A program made the position numbers and the translations under genes. Shown here in pieces: positions 1 to 10,402 of a DNA stretch of 64,000 bases. The stretch spans positions 96,001 to 160,000 of the forward strand of contig CAXXFV010000027.1 of the NCBI GenBank assembly GCA_963674595.2, read 5' to 3'. Origin of the DNA: a bacterium (GTDB lineage: Bacteria; Zhuqueibacterota; Zhuqueibacteria; Residuimicrobiales; Krinioviventaceae). The notes under the pieces are model-generated. The model searched no databases. It saw nothing but the letters and a program-made list of their open reading frames with translations, and had not been told where the DNA came from. Every line of letters starts with the position of its first letter. Positions within the stretch are counted from its first letter, which is position 1.

Positions 1-12
1 GATATTAAAATA

Positions 13-57
13 AAAACACCCGGAATTCAATTTATGCTGCTTTTCGGGTGTTTTTTA
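13..57 (+). terminator. Intrinsic terminator of an upstream gene
   Basis: Inverted repeat AAAAACACCCG...CGGGTGTTTTT followed by a T run. Confidence 0.65.
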
Positions 58-171
58 TTTGAATTTTCATTAAATCCTTATTCTTTTATACTTAAAACTT
101 TTTAAATACAAGCATAATAGTTCTGAAAATAAATATTTTAAAATAGGTACTTTAATCGAGGGAGAGTTCCT

Positions 172-2415
172 ATGCAAAAAAGCAGATTATTATTCTTTTC
201 ATTATTTATTCTTTTTTTTCTCACATTTCATCATACCGTTTTATCGACTGTTAACGACCCGTCTTATCTAGACAAGCCCTTTATTCAGGAATATCACGAA
301 GCATATATTCCGGGGGAAAACTCTGCGGAAAACGATGTTAAAAGCATTGCTGTTGATCACAAATCCAATATCTGGATTGCTACGGCAGACGGTATTTTTA
401 CCAAACCCTTTGCTGATAAAAAATGGTTAAAAATCATCCAAGGTGAATCCAGAGGACCTGCCTATGCGGTTGCCGTCGATAAACAAAATGTAGTTTGGCT
501 GGGTACCTGGGACGGTCTCTATAGCGTTATTGACGGAGAACTGAATAAACTAAACAATATCAATTCTCCAATTTCCGTTATCTGTCCCACAAAAAAAGGT
601 ACCTATTTCCTTGGACCCAAAGAAACATGGTATTATTCGCAAAATACCTGGCAGCAAAAAAACTATTCAACAGCAAAATCTATTCGGGATGCCGTTTGTG
701 ATGATAAAGGGGGTTTGTGGATCGCCACAGACATCGGATTATATCATTGTACGGACCAAAACACAGAACTTTATCAGAGTGAAAAAGAGTTAATCAGCGC
801 CTATATAAGAGGACTGGATTTTGCAAACGATGGACAATTATGGGCCGGAGGTTTAGGCGGTGTGACTATCCGAAAGGGTACACAAAAACTTTTAACGCTT
901 ACACCCGGTAATGGGATTCCCTCTGTTTTTGTTAACAGTGTTGACTGTTCTCCTGATGGTTTTATGTGGGTCGGAACAGATTGTGGTGTTGTTCGATATG
1001 ACAAATCCGGCAACTCTTCACTTCGTTTTAGCAAACGCTGGCTGGTAGATGATAAAGTGCGAGATGTCACGTTTGATCAGCAGGGCAATGCCTGGATAGC
1101 TACGGCCGGCGGTGTCAGTGCCATTAAACGAAAAAACATGACGTTGGCGGGTAAAGCTGACTACTTTTACAATGTGCTGATGAAAAGACATATTCGTGAA
1201 CCCTGGATTGCGGGTCAATGCCGTTTAGCTGTCCCGGGTGATACAACAACCTGGCAGCCTGAAGATGATGATAATGACGGCGAGTATACAGGCGGTTATT
1301 TGGCCATGGAAAGCTTGCGTTATGCAGTTACAAAAGACCCGGATGCCAAAGAAAAGGCAGCGAAAGCTTTTGCGTTTTTAAAGTTTTTACGTGAGGTGAC
1401 TGGAAGAGACGGCTTGTTTGCCCGCACTATTGTTCCGGCTGACTGGAAACAGGTGCATGACACTAACCGCCGCTATACGGAAAAACAATTAGCAGACGAA
1501 CTTTTACGGGATCCGCGATATAAACCGGTAGAAAACCGTTGGCATCCTTCCAAAGATGGCAAATGGTTATGGAAAGGCGACACCAGCAGTGACGAAATGT
1601 GCGGCCACATGATGGGTTATTTTTATTATTTCAAGTTTGCTGCTGATGAAAATCAAAAGCAGGAAATTCGCCAGCATGTCTGCAAAATTATGGACGATCT
1701 TGTTACAAACAATTATAATCTCATTGGCGTCGACGGCACACAGACCCGTTGGGGTGTCTGGTCACCGGACCAGTTAAATCGTAATCCGGATTGGGCGCCG
1801 GAAAAAGCCCTTAATTCCTTTGAATTGTTGGCCTATTTAAAATTTGTTTATGGTATTACGGGGAATCAAAAATATCAGAACGAATATATGCGTTTAATAA
1901 ATGAAGAACATTATCTTGAAAATGCAAAAAAAATGAATCGTAAAAATCCCGCATGGTATATTTATTTTGATGTCACCATGGCCGGATATCTGTTTCCGAT
2001 TCTGTTGGAATATGAACAGGACCCGGAGATTTTGCACGTTTATGAACAACTTTTTGATGAATGGTTTGAAAAGCAAATTCGTGACAAAAGTGCACTCAAC
2101 AATCTGACCTATTGTTTTGCGCGAAAAACCAACAAAGAAATTCAGGCATCGGTTAATTTTCTTATTGATACGCCCCTGGACCTGGTAGACTGGCCTATTA
2201 ATCACGGCAAACGGGAAGATATTCAGCTTGTGCGAATCCCAACCCTGGAAGAGTGGCAAACAAACAAGCTCGTCCCTCCTTCTATTCGAGCCACAGTACG
2301 TTGGGACAAAAATCCCTGGGCCGCTGTTGCCGGAAATCCTTATCGTGAACGGGAGCCGGTGTTTTGGCTTTTACCCTATTGGATGGGGCGATATATTGGT
2401 GTGATTGTGGAATAA
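172..2415 (+). CDS. Secreted protein: N-terminal two-component-regulator-type beta-propeller plus C-terminal putative alpha/alpha-barrel domain of unknown function
   Basis: 747-aa ORF; signal peptide; repeated D..G.lWiaT..G propeller motifs; acidic motifs DDDNDGEYTG and GDTSSDE; GGGAGAG RBS. Confidence 0.7.
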   Translation: MQKSRLLFFSLFILFFLTFHHTVLSTVNDPSYLDKPFIQEYHEAYIPGENSAENDVKSIAVDHKSNIWIATADGIFTKPFADKKWLKIIQGESRGPAYAVAVDKQNVVWLGTWDGLYSVIDGELNKLNNINSPISVICPTKKGTYFLGPKETWYYSQNTWQQKNYSTAKSIRDAVCDDKGGLWIATDIGLYHCTDQNTELYQSEKELISAYIRGLDFANDGQLWAGGLGGVTIRKGTQKLLTLTPGNGIPSVFVNSVDCSPDGFMWVGTDCGVVRYDKSGNSSLRFSKRWLVDDKVRDVTFDQQGNAWIATAGGVSAIKRKNMTLAGKADYFYNVLMKRHIREPWIAGQCRLAVPGDTTTWQPEDDDNDGEYTGGYLAMESLRYAVTKDPDAKEKAAKAFAFLKFLREVTGRDGLFARTIVPADWKQVHDTNRRYTEKQLADELLRDPRYKPVENRWHPSKDGKWLWKGDTSSDEMCGHMMGYFYYFKFAADENQKQEIRQHVCKIMDDLVTNNYNLIGVDGTQTRWGVWSPDQLNRNPDWAPEKALNSFELLAYLKFVYGITGNQKYQNEYMRLINEEHYLENAKKMNRKNPAWYIYFDVTMAGYLFPILLEYEQDPEILHVYEQLFDEWFEKQIRDKSALNNLTYCFARKTNKEIQASVNFLIDTPLDLVDWPINHGKREDIQLVRIPTLEEWQTNKLVPPSIRATVRWDKNPWAAVAGNPYREREPVFWLLPYWMGRYIGVIVE

Positions 2416-2443
2416 TATAGTTTCCGACATTGAGCTGCTTTAT

Positions 2444-2478
2444 AAAAAAAGGGATTCAAAATATTGAATCCCTTTTTA
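2444..2478. terminator. Bidirectional intrinsic terminator
   Basis: AAAAAAAGGGATTCAA-aata-TTGAATCCCTTTTT between convergent genes. Confidence 0.85.
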
Positions 2479-2503
2479 ATAATCGCTACAACTTGACAAT
2501 TAC

Positions 2504-3751
2504 TTATCTAGATTCATAGGGCCCAAAAACAGCCTTGATCTTGTATGATTCACTGCTGTCATCAATGATAATTATTTTATAGGTATCTCCACCATCAGCC
2601 ACACGGATGAGAATATGTCCCTGATCGCTTTTTAATTGTTCGAGTCTATCCCCAATAACGGTTTTATTGGCCTGCATCATGTTGGTGGCAAAAATATCCC
2701 GGGGACCGGGATAAATTTTTTCCGATAATAAACGTCTTAAAACACTCAAACACGGATGATCCGCTGACCATACCGGAATAATCTGTACACGCGGTCTTAG
2801 TACACTCAGGAAAAATGCGTTTTGCGAATCAACATAACCATGATGATCAAGGATCATAACATCAACCGGTCCGATAGCCTGGGCAACAGGCGTTTCCTGG
2901 TCATTCCACAGCGGCATACCATAATCCACAACACCGTTTATATCGCCGCCGTTATAAAAGTCAAATTTGCCATAGGACATTCTAAAAACAATACTGCACA
3001 TATTTTCATTGGGATATTCTTCAGGAGACAGGTCTTTTAAATCCGGAAAATGTTTTCGGGTTACATTACCCACACCGGTCCAAATCTCACCATTAACAGC
3101 TACATTACGTATTTCAAAATTATCAAACGCGTCCGGTTCATTTAAAAGCACAATCTGGTCGTTGCGTCCTGCCTGAAACTTTTCAACAGTTATATTGTTG
3201 TTTTTAATCTGCCAGTCCACAAAATCACGATAATTATTTACCATCATCTTGTCTTTTCGAATGGGATAATTATAATTTGGCCAATCGCGGTCAATAATTT
3301 TATCTAACTTGAAATGTTCGGCAACCTCGGTAATACCGCTAAGACGATAACTTTTAGACTTGGAAAATGGGCATTCTTCCGTAATGTCACCCATGTGATC
3401 ATCGTGAAAATGCGTTAACATGGCATAATTTACGGAAGTGATGGATTCATTTCCGGGCAGATTTTTAATATAACGCACTATCCATTCACCGGCCGAACGT
3501 GAAGCATTCGGACAAAGTTGAGTTAATCGCGGGCTTTTTTCCAGCATAGCCCCGGCATCAACAATAAGAGTTGTCCCATCCGGCAAAATAGAAAAAGACG
3601 CCTCTCCCCTGCCGGTATTGATAAAGTGGATGTCCAACCCTCCTTTTTCCCAGGGCGTTATAACCTGTCCGACCTCCTCAGATACGGAAATACCGGCGAT
3701 AATTAACATACTGAAAACAATAACTGTAAAAATTCTTTTCAATTCCATCAT
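2504..3751 (-). CDS. Secreted metallo-beta-lactamase-fold hydrolase (ComEC/Rec2-like)
   Basis: IHFINTGRGEA, THFHDDHMG (HxHxDH), GGD and DHHG motifs; signal peptide. Confidence 0.85.
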   Translation of the reverse strand: MMELKRIFTVIVFSMLIIAGISVSEEVGQVITPWEKGGLDIHFINTGRGEASFSILPDGTTLIVDAGAMLEKSPRLTQLCPNASRSAGEWIVRYIKNLPGNESITSVNYAMLTHFHDDHMGDITEECPFSKSKSYRLSGITEVAEHFKLDKIIDRDWPNYNYPIRKDKMMVNNYRDFVDWQIKNNNITVEKFQAGRNDQIVLLNEPDAFDNFEIRNVAVNGEIWTGVGNVTRKHFPDLKDLSPEEYPNENMCSIVFRMSYGKFDFYNGGDINGVVDYGMPLWNDQETPVAQAIGPVDVMILDHHGYVDSQNAFFLSVLRPRVQIIPVWSADHPCLSVLRRLLSEKIYPGPRDIFATNMMQANKTVIGDRLEQLKSDQGHILIRVADGGDTYKIIIIDDSSESYKIKAVFGPYESR

Positions 3752-3865
3752 TCACCTCAGCCATAATTAATTCAACAGTTCAAGTATTTGTATAATTGAA
3801 TATACAAATTAAATTATAAAATGAAAGGATTTTCAGATTTTTCTTTTTTAATTTTTAAAAACAAC

Positions 3866-3894
3866 TTGCGGAAATTTCAATTATTTTGTATAAT
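3866..3894 (+). promoter_or_regulatory. Sigma70-type promoter
   Basis: TTGCGG-17bp-TATAAT upstream of the 3998 ORF. Confidence 0.6.
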
Positions 3895-3997
3895 TCCCAA
3901 ATCATCTAACGATTTGTTTTTCAATACATTGAATTAATTAACAACTCATCCTTCAAATTCACAACATTCAAAAAATTAAACAAGAGGAAACAGAAAA

Positions 3998-5023
3998 ATG
4001 AAAGCCAGAATTATGATCGTTTTGTTAACATTACTATTTCTTACAATACCGACTTTTGGTCAAATTGCACTGGAATGGGGACTGTTACCGCAAACAGAAG
4101 GCAAAGATTTGTCTGTTCCGTTTGATCAAACCAAAGTAACTGCAAATGATTTCAAAATAAACCTTGGTGTACCTGTTGTATTGTCAACTGTGGATAACGG
4201 CACTGAAAATGAACCATCACTTGTTTTAATTAATAATATTTTCTATGGGAATAAACATTTAGAAGTTAATAATTGGCCCTTTTATTCGCTGGATGAACAG
4301 CAAAATTATAAATTAAACTTTATGGGGTCTTATGATCATCTTGTTTCTTTTGGTTATTCGGCAATGTTGATGAAAAGAGTTTCAGCCAAATGGTCTCTAT
4401 TGGGTATGGGAGGTTTTACCTATGCCGGTGTTAGTCCGGATGAATATAAAACAGAGGATATCGGTTTTAATGGTGGTTTTGCTGCGTTACGTAAATTGAA
4501 ATCAAACTGGTCTTGGGGTATAGGATTGTATTACAGCCGTTTAACCGGTGCAGATGCAATCTTGCCTTTAATCATTATTGAAAAGGAAACTGAAAAAAGC
4601 ACTATAAGTATTACGTTGCCCAGTGATATTAACTATTGGTATCATCTTAATAAAAAGCTGTCTTTAGGATTGCTGGCGCAGCTTGAAGGAGATTTGTACA
4701 CTTTTAGTGAAACATCAAATCAATATGATGAAAACGGACAGCTTGTTTCAACCGATAATAAAGTAGGATTAGCCTATTCTGCGCTCACCTTAGGGCCGGC
4801 ATTCAAGTTTTCGCTTTCCAATGGAATTGCTTTAATTGTACGCACCGGAATGTCTCTTGCCCGGCGGTATCAATATTGGGTCCCGGATGAAAACCAGCCT
4901 TTAAGATATAACGCGAGTCCATATTATCTCTCCCTTACCGGCCACGATTTCAGCGGTGAAGAGATAGACTTTCCCATGAAAAAGACGGCTTTTATAAAGC
5001 TTACGTTGGGATTTGGTATTTAA
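3998..5023 (+). CDS. Outer-membrane beta-barrel protein (DUF6268-like)
   Basis: Signal peptide; amphipathic strands; C-terminal LTLGFGI; WSWGIGLYY..LPLI pattern. Confidence 0.65.
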   Translation: MKARIMIVLLTLLFLTIPTFGQIALEWGLLPQTEGKDLSVPFDQTKVTANDFKINLGVPVVLSTVDNGTENEPSLVLINNIFYGNKHLEVNNWPFYSLDEQQNYKLNFMGSYDHLVSFGYSAMLMKRVSAKWSLLGMGGFTYAGVSPDEYKTEDIGFNGGFAALRKLKSNWSWGIGLYYSRLTGADAILPLIIIEKETEKSTISITLPSDINYWYHLNKKLSLGLLAQLEGDLYTFSETSNQYDENGQLVSTDNKVGLAYSALTLGPAFKFSLSNGIALIVRTGMSLARRYQYWVPDENQPLRYNASPYYLSLTGHDFSGEEIDFPMKKTAFIKLTLGFGI

Positions 5024-5049
5024 CAATAGATCAATTCCTTAAAAATCCC

Positions 5050-5078
5050 TTGTTCTGATTTTAAATTATTTGTATAAT
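5050..5078 (+). promoter_or_regulatory. Sigma70-type promoter of the aldolase-NRAMP-thioredoxin unit
   Basis: TTGTTC-17bp-TATAAT. Confidence 0.55.
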
Positions 5079-5187
5079 CCTCCTGCTTATTATTACTCAT
5101 TTAGCAAGAGGCCTTATATTGACAGGATCTGGTAGTCCGCTAAATGTAAACCCACAAAATAAAATAATTTCAGGACATCTAAAAAAT

Positions 5188-5955
5188 ATGGAACAACTAA
5201 TAGAAACATTTAAAACAAAATTACATGCAGGTGAGCCACTTTATGGTTTATTTTCCAAATCAAGCGATCCTGCATTTATAGAAATATCAGGCTATGCAGG
5301 CTTTGACTTTATCATCCTTGATATGGAGCATGGCGCTGTGGGATATGAGTCACTGCAAAATTTGATAAGAGCAACCTTTGCAGGAGGTATTTTACCTGTT
5401 GTTAGAGTTCAAAGTATTGAAGAAACATTAATAGGAAAAGCATTTGATGCAGGTGCACTGGGGGTTCAGATACCACAGGTTACAAATGTCAAAGATGCCG
5501 AATCAGCAATAAAGGCTTCAAAATTTTATCCTTTAGGTGAAAGAGGTGTTTGCAGGTTTGTTAGGGCCGCTAAATATTCATCCCTGGATAAAACCTCGTA
5601 TTTCAGGGAAGCAAATCAATGTCTGGTAATATTACAAGTTGAGGGTCAACAGGCTATAAACGAAATAGACCATATAATTGCTGTTGAAGGATTTGACATT
5701 CTTTTTATCGGTCCATATGATTTATCCCAATCGCTAGGTTTACCGGGAGAAGTAACCCATCCCAAAGTAATTAATCAAATGAAAATGATTGTCGAAAAAG
5801 CCCAAAAAGCCGGCAAAATAGTCGGGACGTTCACAGATACCCCATCACAGGTTAAACTTTGGCGGGATGCCGGGATACAATATATTGCTTACTCAGTTGA
5901 TGTAGGTATATATTATGACGCTTGCACGCAAATACTTGAAAAGATAACTGAATAA
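5188..5955 (+). CDS. HpcH/HpaI family aldolase
   Basis: GFDFIILDMEHG, FYPLGERG, ILQVE, FIGPYDLSQSLG motifs; ATG at 5188 preferred over TTG at 5119. Confidence 0.9.
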   Translation: MEQLIETFKTKLHAGEPLYGLFSKSSDPAFIEISGYAGFDFIILDMEHGAVGYESLQNLIRATFAGGILPVVRVQSIEETLIGKAFDAGALGVQIPQVTNVKDAESAIKASKFYPLGERGVCRFVRAAKYSSLDKTSYFREANQCLVILQVEGQQAINEIDHIIAVEGFDILFIGPYDLSQSLGLPGEVTHPKVINQMKMIVEKAQKAGKIVGTFTDTPSQVKLWRDAGIQYIAYSVDVGIYYDACTQILEKITE

Positions 5956-5965
5956 AAGGAAACTG

Positions 5966-7213
5966 ATGAAAAATATTTTTACTAAATGCTGGTATTTACT
6001 GCTCTCGGTTGGACCGGGCATTTTTTGTATTGGTTATACTATTGGCACCGGAAGCGTTACTTCAATGATCAAATCAGGCAGTCAATATGGAATGCAGTTA
6101 CTGTGGGTTTTATTCCTTTCAACTTTTTTTGCATGGATATTAATGGAGACCTTTGGGCGCTTTGCCGCTGTTACAGGAGGCACAGCAATTCACAGCTTTA
6201 AAACCAGGCTAAAGTATGGCAAGTTGATAGCAATATTAACAATTATTGGAGTTGTCATCGGGCAGTGGAATTCACTTTCCGGTATACTGGGTTTATCATC
6301 CCATGCAATTTATGAAATGTTACACCTGTTTATTCCCGGCATGGCCAAAGAAAGCTATTGGGGCGTACTGGCTATTGCTGTTGCAATTATCATTATTTTA
6401 TATAGTTTGCTGCTTATCGGCAGATATTCGTTTTTTGAAAAAATTCTCATAATTTTTGTTACTCTAATGGGTTTATCCTTTATCGTGTCTATGTTTATAG
6501 TTATGCCGCCTTTGGAGGTTATCGGCAAAGGATTTATCCCGCGTATTCCTGTTGGTGGCAGTCTCATGGTGGCAGCATTTGTCGGAACAACAATGGCAGC
6601 ACCAACATTTATTGTTCGACCTCTTCTTGTAAAAGAAAAAGGCTGGGGCATAGGAAACCTGCGTGAGCAAAGCCGGGATGCACTAATTTCCTCATTATTT
6701 ATGTTTTTTATCAGCGCATCTATTATGGTGGTTGCAACAGGCGCCTTGTTTTTTAAAGGCAGATCAGTTGAGAATGTACTTGATATGGTCTATTCTCTAG
6801 AACCGATAGCCGGCAAGTTCGCCATTGCCATTTTTATGGTCGGAACGCTTAGTGCGGGACTATCTTCTGTTTTTCCAATTTTAATGGTTGCTCCCCTGCT
6901 CATTGGTGATTACAGAAATGGAGAAATGGATATTAAATCTAAATTATTTAAAATATTAACGGCTTTTGCCTGCTTAATCGGACTCACTGTACCTATACTG
7001 GGGGCAAATCCTATAATAGCACAAATAGCTACACAGGTTGCCAATGTTTTTATTTTACCTTTGATCATTTCAGCTATTCTATTCCTGATTAATAATAAAA
7101 AACTGATGCAGGAACATAAAGCAGGACTTTTTTTGAATATGGGATTAATTTTGGCTTTACTTTTTTCATTAATTATATCATATACAGGAATTATCGGTCT
7201 TTTAGAATTGTAA
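5966..7213 (+). CDS. NRAMP-family transporter
   Basis: GPG..IGTGSV..GSQYGMQLLW; about 11 TM helices; AAFVGTT. Confidence 0.85.
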   Translation: MKNIFTKCWYLLLSVGPGIFCIGYTIGTGSVTSMIKSGSQYGMQLLWVLFLSTFFAWILMETFGRFAAVTGGTAIHSFKTRLKYGKLIAILTIIGVVIGQWNSLSGILGLSSHAIYEMLHLFIPGMAKESYWGVLAIAVAIIIILYSLLLIGRYSFFEKILIIFVTLMGLSFIVSMFIVMPPLEVIGKGFIPRIPVGGSLMVAAFVGTTMAAPTFIVRPLLVKEKGWGIGNLREQSRDALISSLFMFFISASIMVVATGALFFKGRSVENVLDMVYSLEPIAGKFAIAIFMVGTLSAGLSSVFPILMVAPLLIGDYRNGEMDIKSKLFKILTAFACLIGLTVPILGANPIIAQIATQVANVFILPLIISAILFLINNKKLMQEHKAGLFLNMGLILALLFSLIISYTGIIGLLEL

Positions 7214-7258
7214 GCAGAGAATTGAGTCATTTTTATGAGTTAAATAAAAAAGGATAGT

Positions 7259-7765
7259 ATGAGACGTATTTTACAAATTTCTTTTCTATTTTTATTCTTA
7301 TCTGCAATAATGTTATCTTCATGCAATAATAAAGTTGGGGGTAAATTCTATTCTTTTAAGGTTAAAGCTCTATCCGGTGATGAAATACGGCTGGACGATT
7401 ATCGTGGAAAAATTTTATTAATCAATGTTTGGGATACTATTTGTCCTCCGTGTGTTGCAGAGTTTCCTTCTTTTATTGAATTATACAACACATATAATAA
7501 GGACGGTCTTGAGATATTGGGATTAACTCCAGCACTTTATGCCAATAAAGATGAGGTAAAACAGTTTTTAATAAAGCATGGGATTAATTATCCAAATGCA
7601 ATCGTTTCTAAAAAATTATTATCAAAATTGCCCAAAGGTAAAGGAATACCCATAACATATTTGATTAACCAGGATGGGATACTTTTACATAAATATATTG
7701 GATATCAGGAAAAAGCAACTTTTGAAAATCATATCAAATTGTTATTTGAAAAAAAGCAGCTCTAA
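7259..7765 (+). CDS. TlpA-like thioredoxin lipoprotein
   Basis: Lipobox LSSC; NVWDTICPPC (CxxC); GIPITYLI cis-Pro loop. Confidence 0.85.
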   Translation: MRRILQISFLFLFLSAIMLSSCNNKVGGKFYSFKVKALSGDEIRLDDYRGKILLINVWDTICPPCVAEFPSFIELYNTYNKDGLEILGLTPALYANKDEVKQFLIKHGINYPNAIVSKKLLSKLPKGKGIPITYLINQDGILLHKYIGYQEKATFENHIKLLFEKKQL

Positions 7766-7780
7766 ATTATAAAACTCTTT

Positions 7781-10084
7781 TTATTTTAACAATATCATCC
7801 TTTTCATTTGAGTCATGGAACCACAGGTCAGAGTATAAAAATATATTCCACTGGGCATATTTACAGCATTCCATTGGTATTCATAGTTTCCCGGGGAAAG
7901 CTGCTCATCAACTAACGTGGCAACAAGTTGACCTGTTATGTTGTAAATTAAAAGTGTAACATGATTTGCAGCCGGTATTGAAAAACAAATTGTCGTAGCC
8001 GGATTAAAGGGATTGGGATAATTTTGTTCAAGAATAAATTGTGTAGGAATTTCGGTGAATTGATCACTCGCCACGTCAGTCATTCCGTCAACATTTTGAC
8101 TTGAAAAAGTCGGGCTCATTTGTACAAAAGTTCCTGTTCCGTTTGGATATCTGCCTGTTGATATGTCCGATGTTTGTTCGCCAAAACTTGTTTCATCTAC
8201 TATGGTTGTGTCGCTACTAGATAAATATATAGCTTCTCCTGAAGCGGAAAGTTTAAAATTCGCATGTAATCCCTCCTGCTCTTCATCTTTATCGGCCCAC
8301 ACAATTAAATAACTCCTGGCTGCGATAAATGTATCGGGAAATACCCACTGTGTAAGATCGTCAGCATCATCAGATAAAAAATATCCTGATAGCTGTATAT
8401 CATTTTCTGTATTATTGTAAAATTCAATCCAGTCATCATAATCTCCATATGCATCGGTGATTATGGACTCATTACTTGCCATAAATTCGTTAATAACCAA
8501 ATCACCCGAAACTGTTACAGAATAGAATTCAAAAGCAGCGCGTTCAGGTGAAAAAGATGCTGCATTCTCATTTTCCGCATAGATATAATATTGAAAACCA
8601 CTCGTCCCGGTTGCAACCAATGCCCCATAAATTCCATCCCCGGCAGCGTTGTCATTGTTACTACCGTCATCCAACATCTCTATTTTTTTATAATCAGTTG
8701 TTAAACCCGTTCGATAGGCCAATTGTACTGAACTTGCTCCTGATACATTGGCTGTTATATATACTTTTGAATTGGCGGATGGATTTGACGGACTTTTAAT
8801 TTCTGAAATTACCGGTTTCTCCGCCTGAAAATCAGAAAGTGAATTCAAATAGGCAACTCTTGAATCCATTAACTGAGTAATCCCAATGATGGACTCATTT
8901 TGTCCGGGTCTCCCTTCAATGTTGATAGCATTATCAATATTATTTTTAAAATCCGAATATGTATAAAACTTGTTGGGATCGTTCAGTACATCATCGTCAA
9001 TAATTTCCTGAATTTCCAACGCCCGGGTCCGATACAACCCATTTATCAAAAAATCATCCATAATTGTCTTCATGTGTGCTACATACATTTTTTTATATGT
9101 TGGATTGCTCAATATTTTACTAATAATTGGAAAATCACTATTAGTCGAATTTAAGAAAGGATCTAATTGCTGCAAACCGTTAATGCTGAGCTGATCCTCA
9201 TGCAAAAGTCTGGAAAATACTCCAAAATTTTCATTCAGGTCCCAAATAATCGGATTAAAATGTCCGGCATCATCCTGATATAAATAATAATTATGAGCAA
9301 AATTAACAGGTGAATCTAAATTTACGAATAAAATATCAAAGGCCAGCATCCACAAATGGCGGTCAACATTTAATACGTCCTCCACAGATTCAGAGTTATT
9401 ATTCAATACATCGAGAAAGTTGATCAGTTCTCCCCATCCATATTCAGATTCTAATTCATAATAATTTGCATAACTTGATGAATCCTGACCCAAATAATCC
9501 CAAATTATTACATAGGCTTGCGTTCCACCGCTTGCCAACTCGCCTTTAAAAAAAGCATTTTCATCACTACTAAAATGACTCCGTAAAAAGTGCTTGTCAA
9601 CATCCTGAACGCTTGTATAAAGGCCTATATAAGAGTTATTTATGTAAACGTTAGCATAGTTGGCCAAACCAGCAGGCATATATTCTCTGGCAATCTCATA
9701 TCCCAATACTTCCCTTATAAAACTGGGATCTTTATATACATTAGCAAGTTTTAATGTACCGTAATTTTCATGCAACTGGTCTTCTATAATATAATCAAGT
9801 TTTATATTAAGTGGATTTTTATCCTGGTTAGGATTATAGCTGCTGTTTCCTTTATATCTGACACCAACACTATCATATTTAATACCATTCACGACAACCG
9901 TTGCCAACAAACGCTCTTCATTTCCCTCTAAAAACAATTTATCTAATAAATAATCCCAATTTGGTTCTTCAAAAGTCAATTCGATTGTATTAATTGTGTT
10001 AACGTTATAAAAATCCTGACTAAAAATTTTTACAGCGGAAAATAACAAATAAACCATTAATGCCATTGCAGAGACATTTTTCAT
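7781..10084 (-). CDS. CotH kinase-family protein with lamin-tail domain and C-terminal T9SS/FlgD-type sorting domain
   Basis: VGVRYKGNSS, HNYYLY, PIIWDLN (CotH); VINEFMASN..DWIEFYN (LTD); QNYPNPFNP C-terminus. Confidence 0.9.
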   Translation of the reverse strand: MKNVSAMALMVYLLFSAVKIFSQDFYNVNTINTIELTFEEPNWDYLLDKLFLEGNEERLLATVVVNGIKYDSVGVRYKGNSSYNPNQDKNPLNIKLDYIIEDQLHENYGTLKLANVYKDPSFIREVLGYEIAREYMPAGLANYANVYINNSYIGLYTSVQDVDKHFLRSHFSSDENAFFKGELASGGTQAYVIIWDYLGQDSSSYANYYELESEYGWGELINFLDVLNNNSESVEDVLNVDRHLWMLAFDILFVNLDSPVNFAHNYYLYQDDAGHFNPIIWDLNENFGVFSRLLHEDQLSINGLQQLDPFLNSTNSDFPIISKILSNPTYKKMYVAHMKTIMDDFLINGLYRTRALEIQEIIDDDVLNDPNKFYTYSDFKNNIDNAINIEGRPGQNESIIGITQLMDSRVAYLNSLSDFQAEKPVISEIKSPSNPSANSKVYITANVSGASSVQLAYRTGLTTDYKKIEMLDDGSNNDNAAGDGIYGALVATGTSGFQYYIYAENENAASFSPERAAFEFYSVTVSGDLVINEFMASNESIITDAYGDYDDWIEFYNNTENDIQLSGYFLSDDADDLTQWVFPDTFIAARSYLIVWADKDEEQEGLHANFKLSASGEAIYLSSSDTTIVDETSFGEQTSDISTGRYPNGTGTFVQMSPTFSSQNVDGMTDVASDQFTEIPTQFILEQNYPNPFNPATTICFSIPAANHVTLLIYNITGQLVATLVDEQLSPGNYEYQWNAVNMPSGIYFYTLTCGSMTQMKRMILLK

Positions 10085-10402
10085 TATCTACTCCTTTTGC
10101 TTAACATCTTTTTTATATAGTTGAATTGTTTGGCATTTTTTATAAGATTTGTTGCTTACATCTTTAATACCTTTGACTCCTTTTTTTAAAAAAACATGCG
10201 CAGAAATTAAAAATAAATTCAGCTAAATAGAAAAAGATTGTTATAAAAAAATGTATGCAGCATTTAAAAAATAATCAAGAAGCAGGAAATTGATGAGGAA
10301 CAGGTATGTAATAAATCTGACCTAATGACATATATATTTATTTGTTAAGGCAATTCCGACAGAATTTAGGTATTTCCCCCCTGTTGAAAACGTTAAATAA
10401 AT

